A stretch of 64,000 nt of DNA from Candidatus Marinacidobacterales bacterium (GCA_965224085.1 CBDCYI010000005.1:288001-352000), one strand, 5' to 3'; shown: positions 1 through 10,285, counted from the first letter of the stretch. Program-made: numbers and translations. Notes: generated by a model not told the origin, from the letters alone.

Positions 1-2
1 CC

Positions 3-1241
3 CAGGCATACCGAGGGCCTCTTGCTTCCAGTGAACTCGAGGCGCTGATGAAGCTGTTCGAGGTGGGCGAGAAGGAAGGTGGCTTCGAGTCCGGAATCAG
101 GACGGCGCTCCAGGGGATTCTGGCGAGCCCCCTTTTCACGTTCCGTTTCGAGAAGCCGCCCGCGAGCGCCGACCCCGGCCAGCCCTACCGAATCGGCGAC
201 GTGGACCTGGCTTCACGCCTGTCGTTCTTCCTGTGGGGCACCGGCCCGGACGATGAGCTGACGAACGTCGCCCGCCAGGGTCGTCTCTCGGGTCCAAAAG
301 TGCTCGAAGGGCAGGCTCGTAGAATGCTGGCCGACTCCCGCTCGAAGGCGCTGGCCACCCGCTTCGCCGCCCAATGGCTACGATTGCAGGATCTGGAAAC
401 GTTGCATCCGAACGTGCGGACGTATCCCGACTTCGATGATCAGCTCAAGCAGTCGATGCGGCGCGAAACGGAGCTTTTCTTCGGGAACCTTGTCCGGGAG
501 GACCGGAGCGTGCTCGAGCTGCTGACCGCGGACTACACGTTCCTCGATGAACGCCTTGCCAAGCACTACGGCATTCGGAACGTCACCGGCACAGACTTCC
601 GGCGTGTCCCGTACCCCGATCCCGAGCGGAGAGGACTGCTGGGCCACGGCAGCATCTTGACGCTGACCTCCCACGCCAGCCGGACATCTCCCGTGCTCCG
701 GGGCAAGTGGATTATGGAGGTCTTCCTCGGAAGCCCGCCGCCGCCTCCGCCTCCGAATGTGCCGGAGTTGGAGGAGGCCGGAGAGTCGGAGGGTGGCAGA
801 CTGCTTTCGGTCCGCGAACAAATGGAGAAGCATCGTTCGAGTCCCGCGTGCAATTCTTGTCATCGCATGATCGATCCGCTCGGCCTCGCCCTCGAGAACT
901 TCGATGCCACCGGGGCTTGGAGGATCAACGACAAAGGGGTTCCGATCGATGCGTCAGGCGAGCTCTACGACGGGACGCCGCTCCAAAGTCCGGGTGACCT
1001 GCGGCAAGCACTTCAGAACCGTTCGACTTCGTTGATCCGAACGTTCACCGAAAACCTCATGGCCTACGCCCTGGGCCGACGCGTGGAGTACTACGATATG
1101 CCGGCGATCCGTGCGATCGAGCGGGCGGCGGCGGCCAACGACAATCGCATGTCCTCTTTCATTCTCGGCATTGCGAGGAGCCCGGCATTCCGGATGAAGG
1201 CGGCAGTCGCGCAAGACACTGAAGCAAGTGGGAGCCAGTAA
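3..1241 (+). CDS. DUF1592/DUF1588/DUF1585-type (planctomycete PSD/PSCyt) protein with c-type heme motif, 5'-truncated by window edge
   Basis: Frame open from base 3. Family motifs LASRLSFFLW, RTSPVLRGKW, GLALENFD; CxxCH (CNSCH); lies directly upstream of a DUF1552 gene. Confidence 0.9.
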   Translation, partial: QAYRGPLASSELEALMKLFEVGEKEGGFESGIRTALQGILASPLFTFRFEKPPASADPGQPYRIGDVDLASRLSFFLWGTGPDDELTNVARQGRLSGPKVLEGQARRMLADSRSKALATRFAAQWLRLQDLETLHPNVRTYPDFDDQLKQSMRRETELFFGNLVREDRSVLELLTADYTFLDERLAKHYGIRNVTGTDFRRVPYPDPERRGLLGHGSILTLTSHASRTSPVLRGKWIMEVFLGSPPPPPPPNVPELEEAGESEGGRLLSVREQMEKHRSSPACNSCHRMIDPLGLALENFDATGAWRINDKGVPIDASGELYDGTPLQSPGDLRQALQNRSTSLIRTFTENLMAYALGRRVEYYDMPAIRAIERAAAANDNRMSSFILGIARSPAFRMKAAVAQDTEASGSQ

Positions 1242-1265
1242 TCCCTAATCGAGGAGGCCAGTCCC

Positions 1266-2660
1266 ATGGGTTTAATAACCGGAAAACACATTCCACGTCG
1301 TACTTTTCTCCGCGGCCTGGGCGCCACGGTGGCGTTGCCGTTGCTGGACGCGATGGTGCCCGCCCGGAAAGCGTGGGCCGCGACGGCGTCCGAAGCATCG
1401 CTGGATCGAACCCGCCTGGTCGCAATCGAGATGGTCCACGGCGCTGCCGGCAGCTCAAAGTGGGGAGCAACCCAAAACTTCTGGTCACCAGCTGACGTCG
1501 GCCGGGACTGCGACCTCAGCCCCACCGCCTTGAGCTCCCTGGAGTCGTTCCAGGACTACCTGACCATCATCAGCGATACGGACGTGCGGAACGCCGAGGC
1601 CTTCATGCCCAAGGAGATCGGCGGCGATCACTTCCGCTCGAGCGCGGCGTTCCTGACCCAGGCCCATCCCAAGCAAACCGAGAGCTCCGACGTTTTCGTT
1701 GGAACGTCGATGGACCAGCTCTATGCGCAGCGATTCGGCCAGGACACGCCGATTCCTTCGATGCAGCTCTGCATCGAGAACGTGGATCAGGCGGGCGGAT
1801 GCGCTTACGGCTACTCTTGCGTGTACACGGACACCCTTAGCTGGGCCTCACCCACCGAGCCGCTTCCCATGATTCGGGATCCCCGAGTTGTTTTCGACAT
1901 GCTGTTCGGTGCCGGTGGCACGCCCGAAGAGCGGGCAGCCCGCAGGCAGGCCAACAAGAGCATTCTCGACTTCGTCACCGGGCAAGTGTCTCGGCTGAAG
2001 CGGGAGTTGGACCCGCCCGACCGTCGGCGAATGGACCACTACCTCTCGGACATCCGCGAGATCGAGCGGCGAATCCAGAAGGTCGTAGCGCGTAATAGCA
2101 GCGGAGAGATGAGGGAGCTACCCGAGGCGCCCGCCGGGGTGCCCGATTCCTTCGATGAGCACGTCAGGCTGATGTTCGACCTACAGACGCTGGCCTTCGA
2201 GGCGGACATGACCCGCGTGTTCTCGTTCAAGATGGGCCGGGATACCTCCCACCGCGTCTACCCGGAAAGCGGAATCGACAAGGCATTCCATCCCACTTCC
2301 CACCATCGCGACAAGGAGAAGAACATCGAGGAGTTCTTCCAGATCAATCGATACCACGTGGGTCAGGTCCCGTACTTCCTGGAGAAGCTTTCGAGCATCC
2401 GGGAGGCCGATGCCAGCCTACTGGACAAGACGATGGTCATCTACGGATCGCCGATGGGCGATCCCAACGTCCACAATCACAAGCGATGCCCACTCATCGT
2501 GGTCGGAGGCGCCAACGGCAAGCTCGACGGCGGCCTCCATCTGAGGGCGGCGCCCGGAACACCTATGGCGAACGTGATGTTGACCCTGATGCACAAGCTA
2601 GGCTTCGACGACATGGAGAGCTTCGGCGACAGCACCGGCCCATTCTCGCTCTCCGTCTAA
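1266..2660 (+). CDS. DUF1552 (HXXSHH) domain protein, Tat-exported
   Basis: Twin-arginine signal RRTFLRG...ALPLLDAM; HPTSHH motif; GAGG RBS. Confidence 0.92.
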   Translation: MGLITGKHIPRRTFLRGLGATVALPLLDAMVPARKAWAATASEASLDRTRLVAIEMVHGAAGSSKWGATQNFWSPADVGRDCDLSPTALSSLESFQDYLTIISDTDVRNAEAFMPKEIGGDHFRSSAAFLTQAHPKQTESSDVFVGTSMDQLYAQRFGQDTPIPSMQLCIENVDQAGGCAYGYSCVYTDTLSWASPTEPLPMIRDPRVVFDMLFGAGGTPEERAARRQANKSILDFVTGQVSRLKRELDPPDRRRMDHYLSDIREIERRIQKVVARNSSGEMRELPEAPAGVPDSFDEHVRLMFDLQTLAFEADMTRVFSFKMGRDTSHRVYPESGIDKAFHPTSHHRDKEKNIEEFFQINRYHVGQVPYFLEKLSSIREADASLLDKTMVIYGSPMGDPNVHNHKRCPLIVVGGANGKLDGGLHLRAAPGTPMANVMLTLMHKLGFDDMESFGDSTGPFSLSV

Positions 2661-2703
2661 GACGACTGAGGGAGGTCGGAGGTCATCCGCGAAGGAGGAG
2701 CGA

Positions 2704-4539
2704 ATGCACAGGTCGAAGGCAGGATTGCGAGAGACCCTACGGGTAAACTTGTTGGGTCCGCTGTGCCTGACGGCACTCTTCTGGACCACGACCGCAGAGC
2801 TTGTTGGCGCGCCCGAATCCATCGCCACTTCAGATATCACGGTCGCCGGCGCGGCCATGGGAGACGACATTGAGAAGGTACGTTCCTTGCTCGGACAGGG
2901 CGCCGATGTGAACGCGGCCCGCGGGGATGGCATGACCGGCCTTCACTGGGCGGCGAGCAACGGCAACCCGCAGATGGCGGAGGTCCTGATACGCGTGGGG
3001 GCCAACCTGGAGGCGGTGACCCGGGTCGGCAAGCACACGCCGCTTCACGCGGCAAGCACGGCCGGGAGAGCCTCGGTGGTCAAGACCCTGCTCGAGGCCG
3101 GAAGCAACGCGAACGCCACTACCACGACCGGGGCGAGTCCGATTCACTTCGCGGCCGCCGCGGGTAGCGCCAAGGCCGTCGTGGTCTTACTGGAACACGG
3201 CGCGGACTCCAATGCGAAAGAGCCTCATTGGGGACAGACGCCGCTGATGTTCGCCGCCGCGGCGGGTCGGACGGAGGTGATCAACGCGCTGCTCGAGCTC
3301 GGGGCGGATCCGGCGATCACCGCCAAGGTGGTGGACGTTGTCGTGCGGGACAAAGAGGAAAAGGCCGAGCTCCGCCGTCGACTCGAGTACATCGCGGAGC
3401 TCCGGGCAGCGGCGAAAAAAGTCGAACCGTCGCCTTCGGAGAAAGACCAACTGGGCGAGAGCCCACAGAATGAAGGCCAAAAGGCTAAGAAGCAGGCTCC
3501 TGAGGGGCAGCCGGAAGATAGGGACGTGGTGGCGTTGCGGCGACTAGCCGAGTCCCGCAACTACGTAGACCTCATCGGTAGCCAGGGCGGTCTGACGCCT
3601 TTGCTCCTTGCAGCTCGAGAGGGCCACACGGATGCGGCGCTTTACCTCATCAAAGGCGGCGCCGACATCAACCAGGGGAGTGCGGCGGACCACACCACCC
3701 CCATGCTAATCGCCATGATCAACGGCAACTTCGACCTGGCCATGCTGCTCTTCGAGCGTGGAGCAGATCCCAACATGACGAGCGACGCCGGGGCCACCCC
3801 GCTCTACGCCGCCCTGAACATGCATTGGGCACCCAAGTCGCGCCATCCCCAGCGCGTGGACTACCAGCAGCAGGAAACCTCGTACTTGGAAGTGATGGAG
3901 ACGCTGCTGAAGGCTGGAGTGGACCCGAACGTTCGGCTGAAGAAGACCTTGTGGTACACGACGTTCAACGACGACAACCTGGGTGTAGACCGAACTGGCG
4001 CGACACCGTTCTGGCGCGCTGCCCACGCACTCGACATCGAAGCCATGCGCCTGCTCCTCGCCTACGGGGCGGTTCCGAACGTCTCCACCATCAAGGTGCC
4101 AGGACGGCGCCGGAGGAACGGTGATGAGACCGATCACTCCGGGTTGCCACCGGTTCCCGTCGGCGGACCGGCCGTGTACCCCATCCACGCCGCCTCGGGA
4201 GTAGGCCACGGTCAGGGCTACGCCGCGAACGACCACCGCCATGTGCCGGACGGCTGGCTTCCGTCGGTGCGGTTCCTGGTCGAAGAGCTCGGCGCCGACG
4301 TCAACGCCAGGGATCACAACGGCTACACGCCTGTCCACCATGCCGCGGCCAGGGGAGACAACGAGCTCATCCATTACCTCGTGTCGAAGGGCGCGGATGT
4401 GACCGCGGTGAGCCGTAGAGGACAAACGACGGTCGACATGGCCAATGGCCCGGTTCAGCGCGTGCAGCCGTTCCCGAAGACGGTGGCACTCCTTATGAGC
4501 CTGGGCGCGAAGAACAACAACAAGTGCGTGAGCTGCTAG
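2704..4539 (+). CDS. Secreted ankyrin-repeat protein with C-terminal CxxC
   Basis: Many GxTPLHxAA...GAD(V/P)N repeats; hydrophobic N-terminus; ends KCVSC; AGGAGG RBS. Confidence 0.92.
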   Translation: MHRSKAGLRETLRVNLLGPLCLTALFWTTTAELVGAPESIATSDITVAGAAMGDDIEKVRSLLGQGADVNAARGDGMTGLHWAASNGNPQMAEVLIRVGANLEAVTRVGKHTPLHAASTAGRASVVKTLLEAGSNANATTTTGASPIHFAAAAGSAKAVVVLLEHGADSNAKEPHWGQTPLMFAAAAGRTEVINALLELGADPAITAKVVDVVVRDKEEKAELRRRLEYIAELRAAAKKVEPSPSEKDQLGESPQNEGQKAKKQAPEGQPEDRDVVALRRLAESRNYVDLIGSQGGLTPLLLAAREGHTDAALYLIKGGADINQGSAADHTTPMLIAMINGNFDLAMLLFERGADPNMTSDAGATPLYAALNMHWAPKSRHPQRVDYQQQETSYLEVMETLLKAGVDPNVRLKKTLWYTTFNDDNLGVDRTGATPFWRAAHALDIEAMRLLLAYGAVPNVSTIKVPGRRRRNGDETDHSGLPPVPVGGPAVYPIHAASGVGHGQGYAANDHRHVPDGWLPSVRFLVEELGADVNARDHNGYTPVHHAAARGDNELIHYLVSKGADVTAVSRRGQTTVDMANGPVQRVQPFPKTVALLMSLGAKNNNKCVSC

Positions 4540-4679
4540 ACTTAGCCTAATACCCCCGATTCCGGTCGATTAAGGCCCGGGACAAGCCCGGCGCGGAGGG
4601 GAGGCATCATTGTCACCTTTCGGTCCCTGCCCGGCCACGGCGGCAGCGGGACCGCCCGGGGAACATCATTCCAGATAAG

Positions 4680-5345
4680 CTAAAAATCCACCTCGAAGAT
4701 GACTCCGAATTTCTTGTCGTAGTCTACGACCTCGCTCGGGTTCGGCGACACGTTGAGCATGAGAAAGCTTGCACCACCTGGAGCAAGGATGTAGCGATTG
4801 AGAGAGTGCCACGTGCCTACTTTGTAGGCCCAGCCCTTGGTTCCATCAATCAGGAACGCATGCACGTCCTCTGGCCGGGGGACATCCTCCGGATCATTGG
4901 GGTCGGTAGGAGCTGATACCGCCACCACGGAAAGGGGTCCCTGAAGCGGTACGAAGCTTTGCGTCACATTGAAATGACGCTCCAGTTGCGTGAATCGCAA
5001 GCCCAGGCTCGGCTGCCAGATAACGCGGAGCACCGGCTTCCCGTCAACAATGGTTTCTATAGGGAAAAACAGGCGCTTGTCAGCCGGCCGCTCCTTTGCC
5101 TCGATGACTTCGCCAAATGGCCGGAACGACTCTGCAGTCATCAATTCGATTTTTAGCTTGTGTACCTTGAGATTTGGATTCGCCGGATCCTGCGACAGGG
5201 CCGGATCCTCGGACAGCGCCTCCTCTCTAGGCTGAGATGCGTCTGCCACTGTCGCCCGCATAACGCCTCCCATTCCCTTCTCGCTGTAGGCGACAACACC
5301 GCTCAGCAGCACGAGACAACCTATAACCGAAAAACGTCTCACCAT
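4680..5345 (-). CDS. Ureidoglycolate lyase (AllA)-like protein with N-terminal signal peptide
   Basis: Motifs ESFRPFGEVI, LERHFNVTQSF, GTWH. Start re-placed at ATG 5345 behind AGGAGG; signal-like MVRRFSVIGCLVLLSGVVA. Confidence 0.75.
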   Translation of the reverse strand: MVRRFSVIGCLVLLSGVVAYSEKGMGGVMRATVADASQPREEALSEDPALSQDPANPNLKVHKLKIELMTAESFRPFGEVIEAKERPADKRLFFPIETIVDGKPVLRVIWQPSLGLRFTQLERHFNVTQSFVPLQGPLSVVAVSAPTDPNDPEDVPRPEDVHAFLIDGTKGWAYKVGTWHSLNRYILAPGGASFLMLNVSPNPSEVVDYDKKFGVIFEVDF

Positions 5346-6339
5346 CCACCTCCTCTTTCTGGTCGACCCGTTGATCGCGAGCGACATCCTAGGTCCCAGA
5401 CCGGATCGCCTTGCCTTGCTCGAGCTGGTTGGCGCGGCCATACTTGCGGCACGACCGCGCCAGCCCGCTCTGGGTGGCTAGAGATCCTATGCCTTAGAAC
5501 CGGTAGTTGAACTGCAATTGCAGCCCTCGAGGTTCGACGAAGCATTGGTTCCTCTCCTGTTTGCTAACCGTTCCGTCAGTGTAGTCGGCTAAGTAGTGGG
5601 GGTTGGTAATCTCAAGAGGACCGTAGCAACTCGCACACCAGTAACGGCCTGAGCTTGCATAGTTTACTCCCGGCTAAAATTCGGCGCGGGCGGCGGCAGG
5701 TCGATGACACCTGACACTCTCCCTAGGTACCGCATCTTAGCGTTCGAGTCGACGGTAAGTCAAAATAATTATGCTTCTAACGCTAAAAGCGAAGGTAACC
5801 CCAACTTGGTTGAAAGTTGAAACGGCTCCTAAAACCGTGGCTGGATTTCTGTTGAAGAGAGCACCGTCCTGTCAGTTTTCGGGATCGTCAAGGCCAATCC
5901 GTCTAACTGCCGCGATTCAGCCATTAGCAACATTGATAGAGCGATAAATCGAAAATAGTATTGACCGGCGATCCGAACAAGCGTAACATCGGCGCCGCGA
6001 CGAGAATCGGTAAGGGTGGGCTAGAAATCGCACCAGTATTCTGAGCGTCTTCAGCAATGGCAAACTGGCATGTCCCCCCGGCTGGTGCCGGTCCTACATC
6101 AGACAAGAAACTGGATGTAGTTTCGGATCAGCGGGATGAGTCAATAAGGAGGTGTTGCCCTATTCACAAAACGGCGACGCAGACCTCAACCCTACTAAGC
6201 TTTGGCCGGAGCCGGAAAAAAGGCGAGTCCGGCGTTACGCTAGTAACGAGTCGGTCGGAGGACGCGCGGCAGTCCACTTTTCGTGCTTCCTCGAAGGGTC
6301 TCTGGACGCGACTCCAACGATAGGAGAGGAGAAAACCCG

Positions 6340-7176
6340 ATGGAACGACAACCGAAAATCACGCAAGGACGGCTGCTGAGCGTGTTCTTGGTAGCCCTGG
6401 TAGCCAGTCCATTGGCGGCCACTGAGGAGAAGAACAACCTCATTTCACTGCTTGAGGCGGGCAAACCCGCCATCGGCATCTGGACCTCGGTAGGCTCGTC
6501 GCGGATGGCGAAAGTGCATGCCACCAGCGATTTGGACTTTATCGTCGTTGATATAGAGCACGACGTTCAGGACTTTCCCGCGTTGCGTCGCTTTCTACTC
6601 GAAGTCCAGGATTTTCATCACCGCTTCCGGACGGAGGCGCGACCGGCGCCGGTTGTCCTTATCAAGACCGGCCATCGGGCGACTTGGAATGCGCAGTTTG
6701 AAATCGCTCAATCTCTGAAGGCGGGACCAGCGATGGGTGTGTGGGTGCCGTTTGTCGAAAGTCGGGCGGATTTGGAGCAGGTTATCTCCGCGGTTCGGCA
6801 CGCGGAAACGTTGTACGGGTCCGGCATTAATGTACCCCTTGGGGAGGCGGACGTGTGGCCGCTCAACCCCAAAGGGCAGATCCTCGTGGTGGCTATGATC
6901 GAGTCTGAGAAGGGCGTGCGCAATGCGAGGGAAATCATTGAGACGCCGGGAGTGGGAGCTATCGCCACGGCCCACGTCTCGCGAGAAGATGCCGCTCTCA
7001 TCCACAAGATCTGTTTGGAGGTCGGGGTGGTCTCGGCGGCGAATGCTAGGCCGGATACGATCAAAGCCAGGGTTGATGCGGGTTACAAGTTGATAAGCCT
7101 CGGTTGGGACTTCGGAATGTTACATCGTCATCTGTCCGAGACTCTCAAAGGTATGCGCACCGCGTTGTCGAAATAG
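6340..7176 (+). CDS. HpcH/HpaI aldolase/citrate lyase-family protein with signal peptide
   Basis: LDFIVVDIEH, VPFVES, VAMIES..GV.NA.EI..TPGV motifs; ATG 6340 after AGGAGAGGAG; signal LLSVFLVALVASPLAA. Confidence 0.8.
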   Translation: MERQPKITQGRLLSVFLVALVASPLAATEEKNNLISLLEAGKPAIGIWTSVGSSRMAKVHATSDLDFIVVDIEHDVQDFPALRRFLLEVQDFHHRFRTEARPAPVVLIKTGHRATWNAQFEIAQSLKAGPAMGVWVPFVESRADLEQVISAVRHAETLYGSGINVPLGEADVWPLNPKGQILVVAMIESEKGVRNAREIIETPGVGAIATAHVSREDAALIHKICLEVGVVSAANARPDTIKARVDAGYKLISLGWDFGMLHRHLSETLKGMRTALSK

Positions 7177-7336
7177 CTTGTTCTATGCGGCTCTGTCGGA
7201 GCCGACAGGAGAGGGCATACCGACACAGCCGGCTCTCAAGGAGTAAGGTTTCATCAGTAGAAGCTGTCGCCGGAGTCATTGAGTGGGAGGCTCTGTGCAT
7301 TTTACTTATCCCGGATAGGTTATTCCCTGCCAGGAG

Positions 7337-8740
7337 GTGAACATGGCGCCCGAAGACGTCGCTTATTCTAGTATGACCGAGCTGTCCCGCCAGGTCCGAT
7401 CCAAAGAGGTGTCGCCGGTGGAGCTCACTGAGCTTTACCTCAGCAGGATCAAGCGGCTAGATCCTCAACTGCTGGCGGTCATCACGTTGACCGAAGAGCT
7501 CGCTCTTCGTGAGGCGCGGCAAGCGGAGCAGGAGATAGCGAACGGTCAGTATCGAGGACCGCTCCATGGCATTCCATATGGCGCCAAGGATTTGCTGGAC
7601 ACCAAGGGTATCCGCACTACCTGGGGGATCAAATATCACGAGAACCGGGTGCCGGGCGAGGACGCCACAGTGGTCACGAAGCTTCGCGAGGCCGGCGCCG
7701 TTCTGGTCGCCAAGCTGGTGACGGGCGAGCTGGCTCGAGGAGCCCGATGGTACGGCGGCACGACCCGCTGTCCCTGGGACACCGCGCGCTCCAGCGGCGG
7801 TTCCTCAGCGGGACCGGGCGCTGCCACGGCGGCGGGCATGGTAGGTTTTTCCATTGGCACTGAGACCTTCGGCTCGCTTCTGGGCCCGTCGGCCGCGAAT
7901 GGCCTGAGTGGCCTCCGACCCACCTATGGCCGGGTGAGCCGGGCGGGTGCGATGGCGCTGGGGTGGAGCATCGACAAGATCGGTCCCATGTGCCGCAGCG
8001 TTGAGGATTGCATGACCGTTCTAGAGGCGATTAGCGGTTCGGACCCGCGCGACCCTTGCGCGGTTGACATGCCGCTTCAATGGGATCCCGGCGTGCCGGT
8101 GGGCAATCTTCGGGTGGGTTTCGTCGAGGAGGAGTTCCAAGCCCTGAGCGGGGAGAAAGGGACCGTCCTGGGCCAGGCGTTCAAGGATATCGAGAAGCTT
8201 GGGGTGAGGCTAAAACCGATCCAGCTTCCTGACTATCCGTATCAGGAGGTTTTTCAGATGGTGAGGGGGGGGGAGGCTGCGCTATTCCATGAAGACCTCA
8301 TTCTCGAAGATCACCTTGCCACACTCAGTGACGACGCCCCCAGGGCATGGAAGAACCTGCTGCCGATGGCTCGACTAACTCCGGCGGTGCTTTATCTCAA
8401 AGCCCAACAGATTCGCACTCTGATGCAGGCGGATGCCAGTCGGATCCTGCAAGAGGTGGACGTGTGGATCGCACCGGCGGGCGGGCCAGCCCGTCTGGTT
8501 GAGCGACCCCGTTCGGAGGGGCCGGCGGCCCCGCCATCCGCCCGCCCACCGCGGGCGAAAACCAGTCCAATGACGAACCTCAGCGGCCACCCGGCCATCT
8601 GCATTCCGGCGGGTTTCGTGGAGGGACTTCCAGTGGGAATGCAAATTGTAGGCCGCGACTTTGACGAAGCGACGACTTGTAGGCTTGCGCTGGCGTATCA
8701 GGCAGCCACCGGCTGGCACGAGCGCCATCCCAATTTGTAG
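7337..8740 (+). CDS. Amidase-signature family protein (GatA/AtzE-like)
   Basis: GPLHGIPYGAKD, GGSSAG, GTETFGS (Lys-Ser-Ser triad), GLRPTYGRVS. Confidence 0.92.
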   Translation: MNMAPEDVAYSSMTELSRQVRSKEVSPVELTELYLSRIKRLDPQLLAVITLTEELALREARQAEQEIANGQYRGPLHGIPYGAKDLLDTKGIRTTWGIKYHENRVPGEDATVVTKLREAGAVLVAKLVTGELARGARWYGGTTRCPWDTARSSGGSSAGPGAATAAGMVGFSIGTETFGSLLGPSAANGLSGLRPTYGRVSRAGAMALGWSIDKIGPMCRSVEDCMTVLEAISGSDPRDPCAVDMPLQWDPGVPVGNLRVGFVEEEFQALSGEKGTVLGQAFKDIEKLGVRLKPIQLPDYPYQEVFQMVRGGEAALFHEDLILEDHLATLSDDAPRAWKNLLPMARLTPAVLYLKAQQIRTLMQADASRILQEVDVWIAPAGGPARLVERPRSEGPAAPPSARPPRAKTSPMTNLSGHPAICIPAGFVEGLPVGMQIVGRDFDEATTCRLALAYQAATGWHERHPNL

Positions 8741-8764
8741 CCAATAGAAGAAAGGGTAGACGAG

Positions 8765-9043
8765 ATGAGTCAGGTAGAACGACGAACTTTTGCCGCGGCC
8801 CTAGGGGGCCTCATGTTGTCTCCGGCTTTACTTGCGACCGCGACCCAGGAGATCCAGGATACGGAATCGATCTCACGACAAACCCTGGCCGCGATCCTCG
8901 AGCTAAGTGGCCAGACGATGACCGAGGAGCAGATGAACCGCACCCGCCAAGCGCTCGAGATGCTGATCCGGGATTTCGAGCCGATCCGGAAGTTCAAAAT
9001 GCCCCCGGGCGTCGAGCCTTCGACTTGCTTTCGGGCGCGCTGA
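8765..9043 (+). CDS. Small Tat-signal protein, possible GatC/AtzG-like amidase partner
   Basis: ERRTF twin-arginine plus hydrophobic stretch; helical body ending IRKFKMPPGVEPSTCF; 24 bp after the amidase. Confidence 0.6.
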   Translation: MSQVERRTFAAALGGLMLSPALLATATQEIQDTESISRQTLAAILELSGQTMTEEQMNRTRQALEMLIRDFEPIRKFKMPPGVEPSTCFRAR

Positions 9044-9349
9044 GCCGATCTCGCCGGGTCGACATTCTGTTCACTTCTGGGGGGTTCTCGCCGGGACCCC
9101 GCATTCCCAACCGTCAGGGCTAGCGTCGTTATTTTCATTCCCCCCCTGCCACGGTAGTCGTTGTACCGCCAGCTTACACTCGAGCTGAACGCGTTGAGTC
9201 CGCCCACGCACCCTGATTGGCTTTAGCGGGTCGGCTACGCGCACATGGCGCTCGCTGGCTCGACCTCGAACGAGGTCTACTTCACGATGCGGCGCCGATT
9301 TACAAGCGACCGGGCGTGTTGTAGGGTGTTGGTCAACAAAAGGGGTTCT

Positions 9350-10051
9350 ATGCAAGCTTTGACGTTCAGGGTGGGTCTGATCGTGCCGTCCTCCAACACC
9401 GTAATGGAGCCGGATATGCACTGGCATCTCGGTGAAACATGTGCGGTCAGCACATCGCGGACGATGCTTGAAGAAGCCACGCGGAAGGCCGAAACCCGGA
9501 TGTTGCGGGAAGACCTGCCACGCTCCATACGGCTGATCGCCACGACCGACCCGCACGTGACCGTCTTCGGTTGCACCTCGGCGGGATCGCTTGGTGGGGT
9601 CTCCCACGACACGCAGATCAGAGAAGCCATCGAACGCGAGACAGGCGGACGAGGAGTGACCGTTGTCGCTTCGGTCTTGTCCCAGCTCGATAAGCGCCAG
9701 GTGCGCCGGTTGGCGGTGTTCACCCCCTACCTGCAGGAGCTGACCGAGTCCGTGACGGGCTGCCTTACGGAAAGCGGATACGCACTCGTCAAAGTCGCGG
9801 GCATGGGCATTCTCAAAAACCGCGACATCGGTGAGGTGACACCGGCTGAGATAGAAGACTTCGTCGTCGGCCACATGGATGGAATCGATGCCGACTGTGT
9901 TTTCCTTTCGTGTACGAACTGGCAGGCGATCGGCGCGATCGAAGCTTTGCGCGCGCGGTTCGGCATACCCGTTATTTCCAGCAATCAGGCGACGATCGAG
10001 ACGGTCCGCGAGGCAGTCGCCGAATCAGCCACGACCGCAACAAGAATTTAA
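9350..10051 (+). CDS. Asp/Glu racemase / maleate cis-trans isomerase family protein
   Basis: RVGLIVPSSNTVMEPD; both catalytic Cys motifs GCTS and SCTN; TPY; PVISSNQA. Confidence 0.88.
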   Translation: MQALTFRVGLIVPSSNTVMEPDMHWHLGETCAVSTSRTMLEEATRKAETRMLREDLPRSIRLIATTDPHVTVFGCTSAGSLGGVSHDTQIREAIERETGGRGVTVVASVLSQLDKRQVRRLAVFTPYLQELTESVTGCLTESGYALVKVAGMGILKNRDIGEVTPAEIEDFVVGHMDGIDADCVFLSCTNWQAIGAIEALRARFGIPVISSNQATIETVREAVAESATTATRI

Positions 10052-10183
10052 ACTGTATCCGTACAGACCGCACCGACACTCCATGGGGGGCGTCCGGTGT
10101 TTGAGTTCCCGCGAAACGCGAGTTAGGACAGGTCTTGGAGCACTCGTTCACGTTGGGGTGCGTCCTACGCTAATAGGTTACGG

Positions 10184-10285
10184 ATGACCGTTTATTGGAT
10201 CCTGGCGTCCGCGCTGGCCATCGCGCTGGTCCCGTTGATACTAACGCTGGCACTAAAACGGATCGAGCGTAAGGATCGCCGCTAA
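10184..10285 (+). CDS. 33-aa single-TM accessory peptide of sodium:solute symporter (not in ORF track)
   Basis: MTVYWILASALAIALVPLILTLALKRIERKDRR; its stop overlaps the symporter start (TAATG). Confidence 0.7.
   Translation: MTVYWILASALAIALVPLILTLALKRIERKDRR

Noticed and set aside
5446-6330. Riboswitch or ncRNA in the long divergent spacer
   Set aside because: Only one modest inverted repeat (CTACATC...GATGTAG near 6094-6120); no recognisable family motif.
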